Of a stretch of 19,401 nucleotides of DNA, positions 17,189 to 19,401 are shown piece after piece. Positions within the stretch are counted from its first letter, which is position 1. Each line of letters starts with the position of its first letter. The stretch lies in assembly GCA_031459535.1 (NCBI GenBank), contig JAVKIJ010000060.1, positions 1 through 19,401 on the forward strand. Reading direction: 5' to 3'. Under the pieces are notes generated by a model. It saw nothing but the letters and a program-made list of their open reading frames with translations. It made no database searches and was not told the origin of the DNA. Both the position numbers and the translations under genes were made by a program. Origin of the DNA: Candidatus Fervidifonticultor quintus. Lineage in GTDB: Bacteria > Sysuimicrobiota > Sysuimicrobiia > Sysuimicrobiales > Humicultoraceae.

Positions 17189-18229
17189 ATGACGGTGCGC
17201 GTGCTGGTCACGGGGGCCGGCGGGTTCATCGGGCACCACCTGGTGCGCTACCTGGTGGGCCGGGGCTGCTGGGTGCGCGGGGCGGACATCAAGGCCCCCG
17301 AGTTCGAGCCCACCGCGGCGCACGAGTTCTTGCGGGCCGACCTGCGTGACCCCGCCGCCTGCGCGGCCGCCGTGCGCGGGGTGGACGAGGTCTACCACCT
17401 GGCGGCGGATATGGGCGGCATCGGCTACATCACCGTCTACCACGCCCAGGTCGCCCGCAACTCGGCCCTCATCGACCTGCACATGCTCGACGCGGCGCGG
17501 GAGGCCCGCGTGCGCCGCTTCCTCTTCTCCTCATCGGCCTGCATCTACCCGCGCTACCGGCAGCAGAGCGCCGACGTTACCCCACTGCGCGAGGAGGAGG
17601 CCTGGCCGGCCGACCCCGAGCCCGGCTACGGCCTGGAAAAGCTCTTCGCTGAGGAGATGTGTCGGTACTACCGCGAGGACTACGGGTTGGAAACAAGGAT
17701 CGTCCGCTTCCACAACGTCTACGGGCCGCTGGGGACCTACGAGGGCGGAAAGGAGAAGGCGCCCGCCGCCATCTGCCGCAAGGTGGCTCTCGCCCGTGAC
17801 GGTGATGAGATCGAGGTCTGGGGAGACGGGCGGCAGACGCGGTCCTTCATGTACGTGGACGACTGCGTCGAGGGGATCTGGCGCCTCATGCGCTCTGATT
17901 ACCCCGAGCCGCTCAACCTGGGGACCGACCGGCTGGTGACGGTGGACGAGCTGGTGGACATCGTCTGCCGCATCGCCGGCAAGCGGCTGCGCAAGCGCTA
18001 CGACCCAACCAAGCCGCAGGGGGTGCGCGGGCGCAACAGCGACAACACCCGCCTGCGACAGGTGCTGGGCTGGGAGCCGCAGATCCCGCTGGAAGAGGGG
18101 TTGGCACGGACCTACCGCTGGATCGAATCCGAGTTGCGCCGGGCGGGTCGGATCCCGGGCGAGGCGGGCGTCGTCCCCGCTGCGCCGCTGCACGGGGGTC
18201 CGGCGGCTGGCGGGGAGGTGTCCGGATGA
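17189..18229 (+). CDS. NAD-dependent epimerase, GDP-mannose 3,5-epimerase (GME)-like (346 aa)
   Basis: RBS GGGAGGGAG. Motifs TGAGGFIG, LAADMGGIGYI, SSSACIYP, YGLEK, GGKEKAPAAICRK, VWGDGRQTRSF and GVRGRNSDNT form the GME signature set. Confidence 0.88.
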   Translation: MTVRVLVTGAGGFIGHHLVRYLVGRGCWVRGADIKAPEFEPTAAHEFLRADLRDPAACAAAVRGVDEVYHLAADMGGIGYITVYHAQVARNSALIDLHMLDAAREARVRRFLFSSSACIYPRYRQQSADVTPLREEEAWPADPEPGYGLEKLFAEEMCRYYREDYGLETRIVRFHNVYGPLGTYEGGKEKAPAAICRKVALARDGDEIEVWGDGRQTRSFMYVDDCVEGIWRLMRSDYPEPLNLGTDRLVTVDELVDIVCRIAGKRLRKRYDPTKPQGVRGRNSDNTRLRQVLGWEPQIPLEEGLARTYRWIESELRRAGRIPGEAGVVPAAPLHGGPAAGGEVSG

Positions 18230-19200
18230 GAGCCCTGATTACCGGCGGAGCGGGGTTCATCGGGTCACACCTGGCCGAGGCGTTGCTGGCTCGGGAGGAT
18301 GAGGTCATTGTCCTCGATGACCTTTCCACCGGAAGCCTGCAAAACATCCTCCACCTGATGAAGAGGCCAGGGTTCCAGTTCATCCTGGGATCCATACTGG
18401 ACTCGGACACGGTGAACCGGGCCGTGGGCGCCTGCGATGTCGTCTACCATCTGGGAGCTGCCGTGGGAGTTCGGCTGGTATTTGAGCAGCCTGTGCGGAC
18501 CATTGAGACCAACGTGAAGGGGACCCAGAACGTCCTGGACGCCTGCTTGCGCCACGGAAGAAAGGTCCTCATAGCCTCCACCTCTGAAGTCTACGGCAAA
18601 GACGTACACAACGGGATCGGACGCTTCGTAGAGGAGGATGACATCACTATCGGTCCATCCATGCGTTGGTGCTACGCCACCAGCAAGGCCCTCGACGAGT
18701 TCCTGGCCCGCGCCTACTGGATGGAGAAGGGGTTGCCCGTGGTGATCGCGCGGTTCTTTAACACGGTGGGTCCTCGGCAGTCTCCTGCGTATGGGATGGT
18801 CATGCCCCGGTTCGTGGAGCAGGCGTTGCAGGGGAAACCCATCACCGTGTACGGCGACGGTTCGCAGGTACGGAGCTTCACCTGGGTCGGCGACACAGTG
18901 GACGCGACAGTCCGGCTCATGGAGACACCAAGGGCGGAAGGGGAGGTTTTTAACGTCGGATCCGATGAGGCAGTGACCATCAAAGAGCTGGCCGAGCGCG
19001 TGAGGAAGTTGGCGGAGTCGGATTCTGAGATCGTGTTCATCCCGTACGAGCAAGCCTACGGACCGGGGTTCGAGGACATTCGCTACCGCGTCCCCGACGT
19101 CACGAGACTCCGGCAGACAATCGGGTATAGACCCACCCTCACGCTGGACGAGATCATTGGACGGGTGATTGAGTACACGAGGCAGAGGTTCGGGAGCTGA
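18226..19200 (+). CDS. NAD-dependent epimerase/dehydratase (extended SDR), UDP-glucuronate decarboxylase/ArnA-like (324 aa)
   Basis: ATGA overlap. Motifs [56 protein letters not shown]. The exact substrate cannot be determined. Confidence 0.85.
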   Translation: MRALITGGAGFIGSHLAEALLAREDEVIVLDDLSTGSLQNILHLMKRPGFQFILGSILDSDTVNRAVGACDVVYHLGAAVGVRLVFEQPVRTIETNVKGTQNVLDACLRHGRKVLIASTSEVYGKDVHNGIGRFVEEDDITIGPSMRWCYATSKALDEFLARAYWMEKGLPVVIARFFNTVGPRQSPAYGMVMPRFVEQALQGKPITVYGDGSQVRSFTWVGDTVDATVRLMETPRAEGEVFNVGSDEAVTIKELAERVRKLAESDSEIVFIPYEQAYGPGFEDIRYRVPDVTRLRQTIGYRPTLTLDEIIGRVIEYTRQRFGS

Positions 19201-19259
19201 GGGGTTCCTGCACCTCAGCGTCTCTGCTCCTCGGCATGCTTCTTCTGCGGAGATGGGAC

Positions 19260-19401
19260 ATGTCCAGTAGCGCAGTGATGGGGCTGGAAGAGAAAATCAG
19301 GACCGCCACGGCACGCATTGGCGTGATAGGCCTGGGCTACGTTGGCCTGCCTCTTGCCCTCCTCTTTGTGCGACGGGGATATGGGGTGTGCGGCATCGAT
19401 G
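19260..19401 (+). CDS. Nucleotide-sugar dehydrogenase (UDP-GlcNAc/ManNAc/Glc 6-dehydrogenase family), 3'-truncated by the window edge
   Basis: Not in the ORF track; translated by hand as [57 protein letters not shown] is the family's Rossmann motif; GGAG lies upstream. Confidence 0.85.
   Translation, partial: MSSSAVMGLEEKIRTATARIGVIGLGYVGLPLALLFVRRGYGVCGID

Noticed and set aside
1-19401. CRISPR arrays, tRNA/rRNA genes, riboswitches
   Set aside because: No regularly spaced repeats or recognisable RNA gene motifs; intergenic space is minimal.

Overview
GC-rich bacterial DNA holding the middle of a large, mostly translationally coupled surface/exo-polysaccharide biosynthesis cluster on the + strand. 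In order: the 3' part of an IS481-family element, which truncates a FkbM methyltransferase (also frameshifted, so a pseudogene); three GT4-type glycosyltransferases; a Wzy/O-antigen-ligase-like membrane protein; a class I SAM methyltransferase; a double-GT4 fusion; another GT4; an AsnB-type amidotransferase; an intact FkbM methyltransferase; a NodU/CmcH carbamoyltransferase; a WcaI/WbuB-like GT4; a GDP-mannose 3,5-epimerase-like SDR; a UXS/ArnA-like SDR; and the start of a nucleotide-sugar dehydrogenase. Three observations stand out. (1) An antisense yefM-yoeB toxin-antitoxin module, with its own promoter and TGTACA operators, lies between two diverged copies of the first 16 codons of the carbamoyltransferase. 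(2) An 84-bp double-hairpin palindromic element sits in frame inside the carbamoyltransferase. (3) The cluster has an unusually rich set of glycan-tailoring enzymes (amidation, carbamoylation, methylation, L-galactose/L-gulose supply). All calls come from reading motifs by eye; no database search was run.
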